DNA from: Octopus bimaculoides
Taxonomy: Eukaryota
DNA length: 64,000 nucleotides
Assembly (NCBI RefSeq): GCF_001194135.2
Contig: NC_068981.1
Span: forward strand, 105,320,761-105,384,760
Reading direction: 5' to 3'
Part shown: in pieces, positions 45,854-59,185 of the stretch
Numbering within the stretch: position 1 is the stretch's first letter
Layout of the letters: each line of letters starts with the position of its first letter
Notes under the pieces: generated by a model
Database searches by the model: none
What the model saw: the letters and a program-made list of their open reading frames with translations, nothing else
Told to the model about the DNA's origin: nothing
Position numbers and translations under genes: made by a program

Positions 45854-48800
45854 TTGATATAAACAGTATACATATTATTCTAGCAGACCAATGAAAAAGT
45901 TTCTAATCTCATAGCCATGTCATCTGCTTGTTTTTTTTTTTTTGCCTTTTTCTGTGTTTTGTTTTTTGTTTTTTTTTTCATTCTCAGTGTATTGAGAACC
46001 ATATTATACCACAGTGTATTCAGTTTCTTTTAAGATGAGATGATTCATCCACTTTGAATTGATGATGTTGACTGTGTGTGTGAAATTATTTTGTTCTATG
46101 AAGAAGAAGGATTAAAACTATTTATAGAATAGGTAGTGATTCACAGTGGCACTAAGTATATCCTCCACAACAAGTGTTATTACTATTATTACTATTAACA
46201 GCGCAGTGAAGTAGCAGGAGCAGGTGCACACCAATTTCATCTCTTTCTCAATTTAAATCTCACCCATGTTAATTTTATCTTTCTTACTTCCAGAATTTAT
46301 AAGCATCAAGCAAATATTCCTCCTCTGCAATTTGTGGCCATGTTACAAATGCAAAAAAAAATCACTAACACTGATTTCAAATGATGGCACAAAGCTGGTA
46401 ATTTCGGAGGAGAGGGAATTTGATAACATCGACCCCAGTGCTTAACTGGTACTTATTTTATCAACCACAGGATGAAAGGCAAAGTTGACCTGGGCAGAAT
46501 TTGAACTCAGAATGTAAAGACAGACAAAATACAGTTGAAGTGAACATTAACTGTGTCTGCTTTACTTCTTTTTGTTAACTAATATCAAGGTTGAAAGATT
46601 CACATTTCTTGACCTTGACTAATCAGTTTATTTTTAACGCCATCAGTCTGTTTGATGTCTGGTTATTTATCATAATTTCATGATTGTAAATAACAAGTCC
46701 TATTTTTGAATCCAGACAGACACTTACCACAGGAGATTAAGTCACTCCTTCTCTTGAGAGATTTGAGGTAACACTTTGGATAAGTGTCAACAACTTCTCT
46801 AACTTATCAGGGTTAATGGTGAAGTTCAGAGTCTAGCAGAACAGGTGGAAGAATGTCACAAACATGAATGAAGACAATAGCTGTAACAGTTAGCTGCCTT
46901 AAATCATCTTAGTTGCTTTACCATTGATATCTCACTATCAAGATCCTGGGTATGATGTTAAAATTGCAACCAGTTCTCCCACTGCCACAAAGTTCAGTAG
47001 AACAGCACTACACAGGCTAGAGCTGCAGTCCCATAAGATCCTCCCCTGCATATTTCAGAGTAAGTTTGCCTACATCAGGATAGCAAGAGTAGGATTAGTA
47101 GTTGCCCAATGCTCTATTTCCATTACAAAGGGAGCTCAAGGAACACAAGTTCTTCTATTGCCCCGACTTTATGATGATGTATATTATAGTTGATTCAGTT
47201 GATTAGATCCCATCTTTCAAAAGGTGCAGCCATGTGTTAGTATGAGACAATGTTAATAATAGAGATTTTGAACATAATTATAAGGCCACAAACTTTGAGA
47301 GTGATTTAATCAATTAAATCATCTCCTAGGAATTGACTGGTACATATTTTATTGATCCTGGAGGAATCTGAATGCAGGACATAAACAGATATAACTAAAT
47401 ACCCCTAGGTATTTAATCCAATGCTCTACATTTTCTGTAGGTTTAGCATCATTAAATAAATAATAATAATCCTTTCCACTATAAGCACAAGGCCTGAAAT
47501 TTTAGGGAAGGAAACTAGCTGATTACAATAATCAGTGCTCAATTGATACTTATTTCATCAACCCCAAAAGGATGAAAGGCAAAGCCAAGCTTGACAGAAT
47601 CTGAACTCAGAATGTAAAACTGGAAGAAATGTCACTACACATTTTGTCTGATGTGCTAATAATTCTACAACCTCACTTCCTTCACTGCTTAAATAATAAC
47701 AATTTCTAATATAATCCATCATAATTTTACATGTTTTTTTTCCATGCTGGCATGGATTAGGTGTGATTTCTGGTGACAGTATTCAATGGGTAGATGCCCT
47801 TCCTGATGCCAACAATTGTTTGTTTTCAGAAAGTATTTTAATTCATGTCTTCACATACTGAAGTGTCAAGCTGCCAAACTTCTTGTTTATGCAATATATA
47901 GCAATATCACTGCTGTCCAAGCAGCATTGATGTGAGGACATATGAAGACACGCACACACACACATACACACACGCAATTGTACACACACACACACACACA
48001 TGCAAAAACACACGCAATTGTACACACACACACATACTCAAACTCACACATGCACGCGTGCGCACACACAGACACATATGGATTGAATTCTCCACCAGAG
48101 AATGGGTTGATATACTGGTTTGATGAGCCTACTCTGCCACACTGGATTGGCATTGCTTAGCATAGGAATGCCGTTATTTTATACTCAAACCCAGGAGTAA
48201 TTAAGTTAATCACATCAACCCCAGGGCTCAGCTGGTATTTATTTTATCGATCCTGAAAGGATGAAAGGCAAAGTTGTCCTTGGTAGAATTTGAAATCAGC
48301 ACATAAGGACAGACAAAATACTGTTAAACATTTTACCCAATGTACTAATGATTCTACCAGTTTGCCACCTATGTATATATGTACATATATATATATATGT
48401 ACATATATATACAAATATATATCTATATATATATATATATTCACAACATGCTTCAACAGTTTCACTCACAAGACACTGGTCAATCTGAGGCTATAGTGGA
48501 AGACACTCATCCAAGATGCTATTCAGTAGAAATCAACTCCAACAATTAATTCACAGAATGACTTGCAAACAAAAGCTAAATAATCCTTTCTGTTAGAGGC
48601 GCAAGGCCTGAAATTTGGTAGAGAGGAACTAATGGATTGCACTGACCTCAGTGCTCAGCTGTTACTTATTTTATCAACCCCAAAAGGATGAAGGGCACAG
48701 TTAGCAGCATTTAAACACAGAATGCAAAGCAAAATTCATACCTACACAGCCATACCTAAATTATTTTCAACAATAAAAATAATTAACTGCAATAATATTT

Positions 48801-48881
48801 AATAATTAATTAATTAACTGTAATAATATTTAATAATTAATTTATTAATTGATAATATGGGAACAATAAAATATAGCTTAC

Positions 48882-49038
48882 AGTGTTGCAGTAGCTAAAG
48901 CTATCGCATTGGTTTCAATAATTTGAGGATGGTTACTAGCTTCTTGGAACCAAGCTTGAAATTGCTTCATAGGATTCCTGGAGACCAGTTGGGACAAGTC
49001 AAAAGTGTCTTGAGAAGAACGGTAAGGTTTTCGCATAT
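48882..49038 (-). CDS. PNPO: PNPO exon (MRKPYRSSQDTFDLSQLVSRNPMKQFQAWFQEASNHPQIIETNAIALATAT)
   Basis: PNPO N-terminal MRKxY, PxxQFxxWF and ExNAxxLAT motifs; 157 nt; ctcttag / gtaagc. Confidence 0.96.
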
Positions 49039-50989
49039 CTAAGAGGGAAACCAGATTAAGTTACGATCATTAATAGATTCCTTAGATTATTATCACAATT
49101 TAAAAAGTTAAATACCAAATTTAATTTAGTTTTCTTTTGATATGTCATAAAAACTCTACAAATTTTATGATGCAAAAAAAAAACATAGCTGTGATGTGGG
49201 AAAGTGAAACTACTTGAAACAAGAATTGAAAATGCATTAGCAAATTGTTATTGTTGTTGTTTAGCTCCATACTGAACAAGCAGACCTAATTTATGATCAA
49301 AAAATGTTCCAGTTTTTATATGTCCTTTTTGAATATTAAGATATAATCTGAGAAAGATTTAGCCAGTATTACTAGTAAGCCAAGTGACCCAAGTAGAAGT
49401 TTTTTTTGGATTTATGATAACAGAAGAGTGGAATGGTCAGGTGCTTATTGTTTGCTGTTTAGCACTCAAGCTTTTATCAAATCTGATATTGGCTCTTTTG
49501 ACAAGGCTGAAAGCCAGTTTTGACATGATACAGAAATAATCAAATGGATCAACTACATCAATTAAATAATTCCCAGCAAAACTAGCAAACAAAAGCTAAA
49601 TAATCCTTTCTACTATAGGCACAAGACCTAAAATTTTGTGGAGCGGGGCTAATGGATTGCATCAACCACAGTGCTCAACTAGTACATATTTTATCAGTCC
49701 TAGTGCTCAACTGGTACTTATTTTATCAACCCAAAAAGGATGATAGGCAAAGTCAGCAGCATTTGAACTCAGAATATAAAACCAGAAGAAATGGAAATGC
49801 TGCCAAGCATTCTTTGCTTCCAAATGTTAATAATATGATCAAGACTGGTGTAGAAATAATTGATTCTCTTCCATTCCCAAAAATTAAGCAGAATTGAATT
49901 TATTCAGAGGAGGAAGAGTATTGTTCATGATCTTTTTAGAGGGAAGAAATTAGAAGAAATTATCCTCAGATTGAACATCCAGTCCAAATGTTTTCAACAG
50001 ATTGGATTTCACTAAAGACACCCAAGGGTCAGATAGTGGTGTTAACCCAGGTAATAGGTTAAGTCTACCACCTAACCCATTGAGTAACCTTATAAACACT
50101 AACTGATTTGTCCAGTTTACAGACAGGATCTAATATCCTACTTCCCAACTGAATACTTAGTGGATGAAAGGACCTCAGCTGTAAAAACAAAAGCTCCAAT
50201 AATGCAAAAATGTCCAAATTTACAACACACTCTGCAGAGGAAAAGTAAATAATATACACAAGTCAGTTTTATACTGTATTTGACTAAAATGTTTTAACAT
50301 TGACTGTGTATTTAAATTAATCCTTTAGCATTTAAACTGGCCATATCCAGCCCAAATATTCTACACATCTTATGTTCAAACTGGCCATATTTGGCCTCTC
50401 ACACCTAACCTACCATACCATTTGAAAAATAAACAATCATATTACTGAAGTTTCAAAGCCACAAGATAATTCATGATTAATTCAAAATAATGAGAATAAA
50501 AGGCATTACATTAGTCAGAGTAATTTGAATGCTAAAGGGTTAAATGAATAAAGTAATAATTCAATAGAGCAATAAAACCAAGCCTATTGCTTCATTCAAA
50601 TAATCTAGATGAGTAAAAAGTTATCAAAAATAAACAACTCACTTTGAATATCTTTTTGATCATCATCTGTAACAAATAAAACAAAAAATATTTATCATGA
50701 ATACTTTGAATTAATGTAATTATTTTGCCAGAGGCACATTTACATCAACAATTAATTCAAATATATTTGGTGAAAAAGCAAAAGAATTTCACAAACATAA
50801 ATAGATTTATAGGTGCAGGCATGGCTGTGCGGTAAAAAGCTTGCTTCCCAATCACATGGTTCCAGGTTCAGTCCCATTGCATGGCACCTTGGGCAAGTGT
50901 CTTCTACTATAACCTCAGGCCAACCAAAGCCTTGTGAGTGGATTTGGTACACAGAAACTGAAAGAATTATATAATTGACATATGCTTTC

Positions 50990-52165
50990 AACTCAACATC
51001 CATGAACTCAGACATCCCAAATTAAAGAAGGATTTACAACCAAAAGCAATACCATACATCTCCAAACACAACCCTCTTAACAATGAAGCCTTCGACACCA
51101 TCCTTCAAAACATTCCCCTGCTAAAAAAGGACCACAGAATGAACTTAATCCTCTAAACACACACCATCATAAAAAGCAAGAGACAACCCATATCTATGAA
51201 AAATCTCCTAACACAAGCCCGAATACACTCAACAACAACACAGAAGCCATCAGTAAAAAAATGCGGAAGACCCAACTGTGGGATATGCATCAATTTAATT
51301 TAGGGGTCAGAGTTCTTCAAACAGGGACAACGTTTCACAGTGAAAAGCAATTTCCCATGTGCTTTGGAGAACCTGATATATGCACTAACCTGCTCTGGGT
51401 GTCAAGAGCAATACATAGGCCAAACAAAAAACAGTCTACGTCAAAGGATGACTCTGCACAGATTCCAGATCAAAATTCCCAAAAACAGAAAAATAGCACT
51501 CAGCCAACACATCGACATTTGCGCCAATAACAAAAATTCAAGCTTCAGAATTTTTCCCCCTCTACCAATTAAAGAGATTCTCTTTATTACAAAATACAGA
51601 CCCCTTTTGAACGCATCTACAACAAATGACATATCCACCATGGCCTTAGAATAACACAAACACATGCAAATATTAAAAATGATACATTCAAGAGATGCCC
51701 AAGAATTCATTAAAAAACAGTCCCAATCACTGCTATAATCCACAACGAGCCACTTTTAGGTCACTTGACCATTTAACATCCTACTACTATCATAACACCG
51801 CATTCCTTTATTATTCTCTCTTCTCTTTCCCCTTCCTCTTCTTCGTCTTCTTCCTCTCTGCCACCTCCTTCCTTACTTTACTACTATTGCTGTTTAGAAT
51901 AACACCTACGCAAATATTATAAGCAATACATTCAAAAGAGATGTCTCAAGAATTCAATCACTACTACCATTCACAACAAGTTACTTTCAGGGCACTTGAC
52001 CATTTAACATCCTACTACTATCATGGCACTCCCGCATTCTCCTCCGCCTCCTTCTTTGCCAAGAATTCACAACGACCTCAAACTCACAAGAGTAAACAAG
52101 AGAGACAGAGGCAGGCAAAAACAAAGAAAATGCTCCTTGTATTTGAATACTATGCAAATATTCTT
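50990..52165 (+). mobile_element. Penelope-like element 3' part: GIY-YIG endonuclease remnant plus tandem terminal repeats
   Basis: CGRPNCGIC followed by NLIYALTCSGCQEQYIGQTKNSLRQRMTLHR; direct repeats ~51682-51807 and ~51926-52041. Confidence 0.85.
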
Positions 52166-52778
52166 NNNNNNNNNNNNNNNNNNNNNNNNNNNNNNNNNNN
52201 NNNNNNNNNNNNNNNNNNNNNNNNNNNNNNNNNNNNNNNNNNNNNNNNNNNNNNNNNNNNNNNNNNNNNNNNNNNNNNNNNNNNNNNNNNNNNNNNNNNN
52301 NNNNNNNNNNNNNNNNNNNNNNNNNNNNNNNNNNNNNNNNNNNNNNNNNNNNNNNNNNNNNNNNNNNNNNNNNNNNNNNNNNNNNNNNNNNNNNNNNNNN
52401 NNNNNNNNNNNNNNNNNNNNNNNNNNNNNNNNNNNNNNNNNNNNNNNNNNNNNNNNNNNNNNNNNNNNNNNNNNNNNNNNNNNNNNNNNNNNNNNNNNNN
52501 NNNNNNNNNNNNNNNNNNNNNNNNNNNNNNNNNNNNNNNNNNNNNNNNNNNNNNNNNNNNNNNNNNNNNNNNNNNNNNNNNNNNNNNNNNNNNNNNNNNN
52601 NNNNNNNNNNNNNNNNNNNNNNNNNNNNNNNNNNNNNNNNNNNNNNNNNNNNNNNNNNNNNNNNNNNNNNNNNNNNNNNNNNNNNNNNNNNNNNNNNNNN
52701 NNNNNNNNNNNNNNNNNNNNNNNNNNNNNNNNNNNNNNNNNNNNNNNNNNNNNNNNNNNNNNNNNNNNNNNNNNNNNN
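52166..52778. other. Assembly gap (N run)
   Basis: Ns. Confidence 1.
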
Positions 52779-52813
<35 letters not shown>

Positions 52814-55176
52814 TCGTCATCATCATCGTTTAACATCCGCTTTCCATGCTAGCATGGGTTGGACGATTTGACTGAGGACTGGCAAGCCAGAAGGCTGCAC
52901 CAGGCTCCAATCTGATCTGGCAGAGTTTCTACAGCTGGATGCCCTTCCAAATGCCAACCACTTCGAGAGTGTAGTGAGTGCTTTTTATGTGCCACAGGCA
53001 TGAAGGCCAGTCAGGCAGTACTTTAAATCCTATTTAATATTCTTATCCTTCAAATTCCAAATGCATTTACTAAGATTAGTAGAATTATATTTTCTTCTAT
53101 ATTTAATAATCATTCTAATGATTTAATGTGGTCCATTATTAGTTATGCACCATCGTATAATATCTAATATAATAAATGCAAAACTAATTTCTGTGTATCA
53201 GTGTGTCACACTTAGACTCCCCTCTCTCACTATTCAATGACTCCTACTATTCCTCTGGATGGGGTGGGAGTAATAGTAAGCATAGAGATGGTGAGGGAGT
53301 GGCGAAGACAGAGAGAGAGAGAGAGAGAGAAAGAGAAAGAAAAAGAGAGGGAGAGAAAGAGAGACAAAGAAATTTAGGGAGAGTTGATGATGTTTTATTA
53401 AAAGTAGTATTGTTCATAATGGCAGTGGGAGTAATATTGAAAGAGAGAGAAAGAGTGAGATGTGAGAGAAAGGGAGATGATGTACAACTTTGTTAAAAAA
53501 TTTATCAAACCAGGATGACTATATATTCTGATTGTTGGAGTGCGTACAATGGGATTACTGAAATAGATGTGACACCAAAATACACTTTGGAAGAACGTAA
53601 AACGACGTTTTAAGAGTAAGATGGGGAAAATTCAACAAAAAAAAAATTATTTACTTTGTTTAAAAAAAACCCTCATACATGTTTTGCGCATTCGCGCTAG
53701 ATAGTCGTTGTAGGATCGACTAGTCAAGACTAGCTAGCGCGGATGTGCAAGTGCGCGCACCGGGACCATTCTTCTTGAATAGTACCAATTTATATTAACT
53801 TTAGATCTCCTTAGTGAGTTTGCTAGAAATAATAACCAAATTTTTTCTCCAGTCAAGCATCACTATATTAAGTAGGGTTCAAAAAGAAATCTAGACTGAC
53901 ATGATCATGGGTGGAATGATGCTGATGACAGGTTAATTTTTATTCCATTTCAGTCAACTTTCGAAACATTGGCAAAAAACTGAATCAATTTTTCGAAAAG
54001 TGAAATGGTTAACATCTCTCTAAGAGACAAAAACAAGGAAATGTGATACAAGCAAAACCGAAGATCTACTCTTCGGTCAAGTGAAGACAGTGTCAAATAT
54101 ATCATTCTAAAAAGAAGACTTATTTTCATCAGCTAAACCTGATTGACTTCAATAGAAGCAACAATATTAAGTCACAGAAAATACAAAGCAAGATACGTCC
54201 GAGTCAAAGAGGGAGAAGACAAGCTAAAAATATCAGTTAAATTTCTCTCAAAGCACACTCAGCAGATTTATAATAAAAAAAATAGGACACATTAAATAAA
54301 GTGATCGTACAAACCTCTGAAAGGATAAGATGATCATGATTGGAATGCATTTTACACGAGTCTAAAGAACGGCCGATCGTTTTCAAAACATGTAATATGC
54401 AATAAAACCTAATGCATGTGAAGAGGTTTTTTTTTTTTAATGTGGCCTCAATTTGTGTCCTTGTACATTAGTAAATATTTATTTCTAATATGTAATACGA
54501 GAACACTGGTGAGGAGGGGATATAGTCAATTATATCGACTTTTGTATATAACTAGCAATTTATTTCATCAGCTCTGGAAGAGTGAAAGGCAAAGTTGACA
54601 ACAGTAGAGCTTGAACTCAAAACACAAAGAGACGAAATAGTTTTGAAGGATCCAGTGAAAAAAGCACGACCATGTTTGCTATTATTAATGAATTACGGAA
54701 GAAGAAAGAAGACGTTTGCACGGAAACTGAGATGTCGTAAAAAAGATGTCGGTTTTGTTTATCGTAACAAGCCCAAGATCAGCCTTGATCATGTAGGCCT
54801 AAATTCAAACGCATAGCAGCTATGATCACCCTTTTTTTGTTTTTGTTTCTTTTTTTATATATAGAGAATTTTGAACAACATTATCAAATGAGTGCTTTTC
54901 TAAAACGGTAAGGTGTGATTTGGAAACGATTTGGTTGCTATTTCTAGCATGTAGCGCGACAATGTGAACGCTCTCGTTGGCCCGTCGAGCTAGTGCGACA
55001 TCAAACATAACGCATCAAAAGCCTGTAGTTTTGTGTGTGTTATGTAAGACAAAATATATCATTCGTTTGATAACATACTGTTTACATGGTGTTTAATGTA
55101 ACGACAAATTCCCACAACACACAGGTTTAGGCACATGTACACATGTATTTGTGTATATAATTATATTTCCACCTAC

Positions 55177-55540
55177 CTTTTCTGTCCGAAAGCATTTTTT
55201 TCTGTACAGTGAAAGGGTGGAAAAGCTTACTTAATTTGGCTGTTGAAATTCGTGATCTGTTAATATAAGAAGAGTTAATAGCCAAGTCGTGATCGAAAAT
55301 AATTTGAGATTGATAAAGGTTACTCGAGGTCAATTTTCTTGAACTATTTACCGTATTCAAACGAATATTTTTACTACTATTGCTGATTTCGATCGACCAG
55401 CTGGGCGTCCACAATGGCACATAAAACGCAAAGTAACACTTCCAGTTAATGTTGTGCCACTTCGAAAGATTCGAAGTAATGTTATAAGAACGAGATAACA
55501 CGTTACGAAGTGCAAAGGAGACAGTCACAGAATATACCAT
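55177..55540 (-). CDS. PNPO: Candidate PNPO exon 1 (121-aa N-terminal extension)
   Basis: ATG-initiated open frame ending AAAG|gtaggt in phase 1, which joins exon 48882-49038 in frame (...MLSDRK-D-MRKPY). CpG-richer surroundings; S/R/N-rich and acid-poor sequence. Confidence 0.55.
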
Positions 55541-56145
55541 GGTGTGATGAACTTAGTAACTGTGACACTTTTCGAAAGTTAATTGTTCCTTGTCCAAATA
55601 AGGCAAAGACACACCTACTGTTATTGTGTTCTACGCGCAAAATTAAATTTTACCAAAAGCAACAAACTTGTTTTATCTTTTAATGCAACATGAGTGTGTG
55701 CGCGCGCGAATATGTGTGTGTGTATCAGGCACATACCATCAGTAATTACTCAGGGTGGGCAGTTATGACCTTTATGTAGTAAAATAAAAAATAAGCGAAA
55801 TACAGGCGTGCAACTGAGTTGAAGGCAGATTTATTTCTGCCTTTATAGCACGTAAAGAAAGCGGTGTTGTAGAGTGCATGTGTACTACAACAGTATTATA
55901 CATAGCTTAAATACTGAGATTGAAAAGCAGGGGCGAATTATGATTACCTAATCTACAAAAAAATAAAATATTTTACATTTTATGCATAGTAATCAGAGTA
56001 ACCTTCATAATTTGATTGAATTAGGTGCATACTTTGCCATAAAAGGAAAATGCTGCTACCGATCTATTTTATTCAAGGTAGGCACTGTTTTCTAGTATAA
56101 GCACAAGGCCTGAAATTTTGTGGGAAGGGGCAAGTCGATTACATC

Positions 56146-56560
56146 GGTAAACTTAGGTATTTGTCTCGAGATAGCATCTCTTATAAACGTATAGCATTAA
56201 AAACATAAATAAATGAGGAGCAGGCAAAAATCGACCCACCGCAGTGGTGACATTGCTAAATGCCCATTTCTGCCACCTTGGGTTTCGTCAGAAGCAAGTA
56301 TCCACTAGAAACCATATGCTGAGACAAATCTTAACCGCCACTCATATAGAAAAAACAGTAACTAAAAAGGAACTGATATCGCAGTTGACTGGTAGGCTAA
56401 ATTAAAATCCATTATGAACTATAGAAGCTATAATAGTGCAAAATAGCAATCTGTGTATTATACTTAAATTGTATACATCGTTGAGAGCCTGGTAAACTGA
56501 GGTATGCGTCTCTAGATAGCATTTCTTATAAATGTATAGTCTAAAAAATATAATCACAGA
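56146..56560. repeat. ~65-bp imperfect direct repeat, period 345 bp
   Basis: ggtaaact(t/g)aggtat...agatagcat.tcttataaa.gtatag at 56146 and 56491. Confidence 0.6.
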
Positions 56561-56759
56561 AATATATCAGCAGCAGATGAAAATTGTCTAGTAGCGGTGC
56601 TGGGATTGTTTCATCAGTAACAAGGCAGACTTAATTATAAATATGCTACAGAATACAATTTACAAAAATAAATGGACAATAACTGAAAGAAAGAAAGAAA
56701 AAAAGAACATACACAGTCTCTCAATCATACACTGCGGTTGGGAATATTAGTGTTTCCTT

Positions 56760-57100
56760 CTAAAAGTTTTTGAGACACCCCAAGTGTGCATTTTATCGGT
56801 CACTTATACATTATTTAATACGTCAAAGAATCTTCCAACTGCATTTCACCATTTTTGCCCAGCTAGTCCTCATTGTGATAACATATATGATGGGATGGCA
56901 AGCACTCACTCAAATGACTCCAATAAGTATTTACAGGAGGTTAATGGTACCTGTATCACACATCTATATCAATGTTGATTGCATTTTCCAAAATGGCAAT
57001 ACAGGTTACCATCATCTCACCTCATACACAGTTACACAGTACATGGTTCTAGAAATTATATTATGCTCCTCAATAAATTGAAGGAGATTATCGTGATTAT
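56760..57100 (-). mobile_element. Possible decayed Merlin/ISXO2-like transposase fragment
   Basis: Minus frame NHDNLLQFIEEHNIISRTMYC..., with Cys-containing pieces and many stops. Weak resemblance only. Confidence 0.3.
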
Positions 57101-58509
57101 ATTATTCATTATAAACAAACATTCAAAAGAATGATTAAAACATGAAATAAGTTAACGAAAGTGTTCAATAAAAGTCTTACACAAGAGGTATACAACATTG
57201 GAAAATCTTTAATTTTCTATGAGTGTGTTCATAAAGCCCGCCACGTATAGTTGTTTAAAACCCATATATGCCCATAAAACGAAGTCTTGAAATTTCACTG
57301 TACTTAGATTAAGCTTTCACAATCTGGAAGAGAAGGACAGTATGCAACTGTTAGTTACTGAACATTTTGTATGCTCAGTCAGATGCTTCCTGGCAAGTCC
57401 ATGTACAAACAAGTAGGAGCAGGTTTTGCATTGCAAAAATGCAACCACGGGTATATATAGGTTAAGCCCTGGTTAGCCTCCGTCAAGTATTCCTATGATT
57501 AAAGGCATCAAACTGTTACTTACCTATATTTTATTCCGACAATATGGTTAGGACATTACATTTTTTTTTTTTTGCTCTCATCTGAACATCATATTGACAT
57601 TTTTTCTTTTATAGATTTTCAGAAGAATGCCTGGATTTTTGCATTTTTACTACCAACTAACAAAAATTGGCTGTCAAATAAGTACAACCTGAGAGTTCGA
57701 CAATCAGCAGATAAAGTTCTTGGCCTATAGTCTTCCACAACATTAAAAAATTTGAAAGGTTTCAAATTTTGGCACAAGGCGAGCAGTTTTAGGGTGGAGT
57801 AGTAAGTCGATTGTATCGACCCAATAATTAACTGATACTTGTTTTATCAACTCCTCAAGACCAGCAAGTTCAAGAGAAAGAGTAAGTCGATTATATCAGC
57901 CCCAATACAATAATAATCTAATCCTTTTTACTATGAGCACAAGGCCTGAAATTTTGGGGAGAACCTAGTCAATTACATCAACCTCAGTGTGTGACTGGTA
58001 CTTGTTCTTAAAGAGCAAATGGCTCCGACAGATATCAATATTTAGCGCTACTGACATTTGTGATCCTAAATGACATACATACATACACGTGCGCACACAC
58101 ATTAATAAAAGAAGTGACCAATAGCAGGAGAAATAATTTTATCATACCCTTTTAGTGCTTTCATTCCTCAGAATTGATCAAAAATTGTGTGTCACTGTGT
58201 ATGAGATTTTGCTTTGTATACATGTGTGGGAGATGTTAGCTGTTTGCTAAAAATTATTACTCTTTAAAACGAGCAATTTATACATACATCTGGCACAAGC
58301 CAATACACTTGGAACATTCACCTGCTAAGTAGAGTGATACAATGCTCCGCCTAACAGGTTCAAATCCTAGCAAAATCACAACAAACACTTTAATATTCCC
58401 AAAGATAGATAGTTGCAGCAAAAAGTAGTAGTGAGACATGGTTATGGTATCAGAAAGGAAAGTTAAAAAGGGAGACAGAAAGTTTGTTAGTAACTGTACA
58501 AGATCAAGC

Positions 58510-59185
58510 ATTAATGGATAAAAGCCAAGACAGACAAAAACCAAGTAGATTCCCAATGTAGGCTATGCAAATCAAAAGAGGAAAGTGTTACTCATATAGT
58601 AAGTGAATGTAACATGCTAGCACAGAAAAAATACAAGAAAATACATGTCAACCTGGGGAGAGTTGTGTAGAAAGCTAGGATTTGAANNNNNNNNNNATGC
58701 TAGCACAGAAAAAATACAAGAAAATACATGTCAACCTGGGGAGAGTTGTGTAGAAAGCTAGGATTTGAACATACTGATAAATGGTATGAACATGAACCTA
58801 GTAAAGTAATAGAAAGTAAGAAATACAAGATGTGGGACTTTAACATTCAGACTGACAGAGTAATAGAAGCTAGAAGGCCTGATTCAGTAGTAGTAGTAGT
58901 AGATAAAGAGAATAGAAAGTGCCAGATATTTGACTTTACAGTTCCAAATGATGAAAAATTAATGAGAGGTATAGGAAAATGGAAGTATGAGGACTAGCTA
59001 TTGAATTACAGAGTCTATGGAAAGTGCGGGTAAAATGTATCCCAGTAGTTATAGGTGCATTGGGAACTATCCCTAAAGATCTGAACAGATGGATAGAGAA
59101 AATAAACATAAAACCCAGTTTAGTACAGATGCAGAAAACAGTTATTAGGGACAGCAAGGATACTTAGGAGGATTCTTGGCATCTA
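58510..59185 (+). mobile_element. R4/Dong-type non-LTR retrotransposon C-terminus (CCHC knuckle plus restriction-like endonuclease)
   Basis: CRLCKSKEESVTHIVSEC; WYEHEPSKVIE..WDFNIQTDRVIEARRPD..VDK..FDFTVPND; KYEDLAIE..LW..IPVVIGALG. Confidence 0.88.

Noticed and set aside
46690-47250. Possible additional gene (ORF 46924-47193)
   Set aside because: Looks like a heavily decayed LINE fragment on the minus strand; too degenerate to call.
51941-52871. 228-303 aa ORFs
   Set aside because: Artefacts of reading through the N gap.
58614-58769. 73-bp exact direct repeat flanking a 10-N gap
   Set aside because: Unmerged contig overlap (assembly artefact), not a biological duplication.
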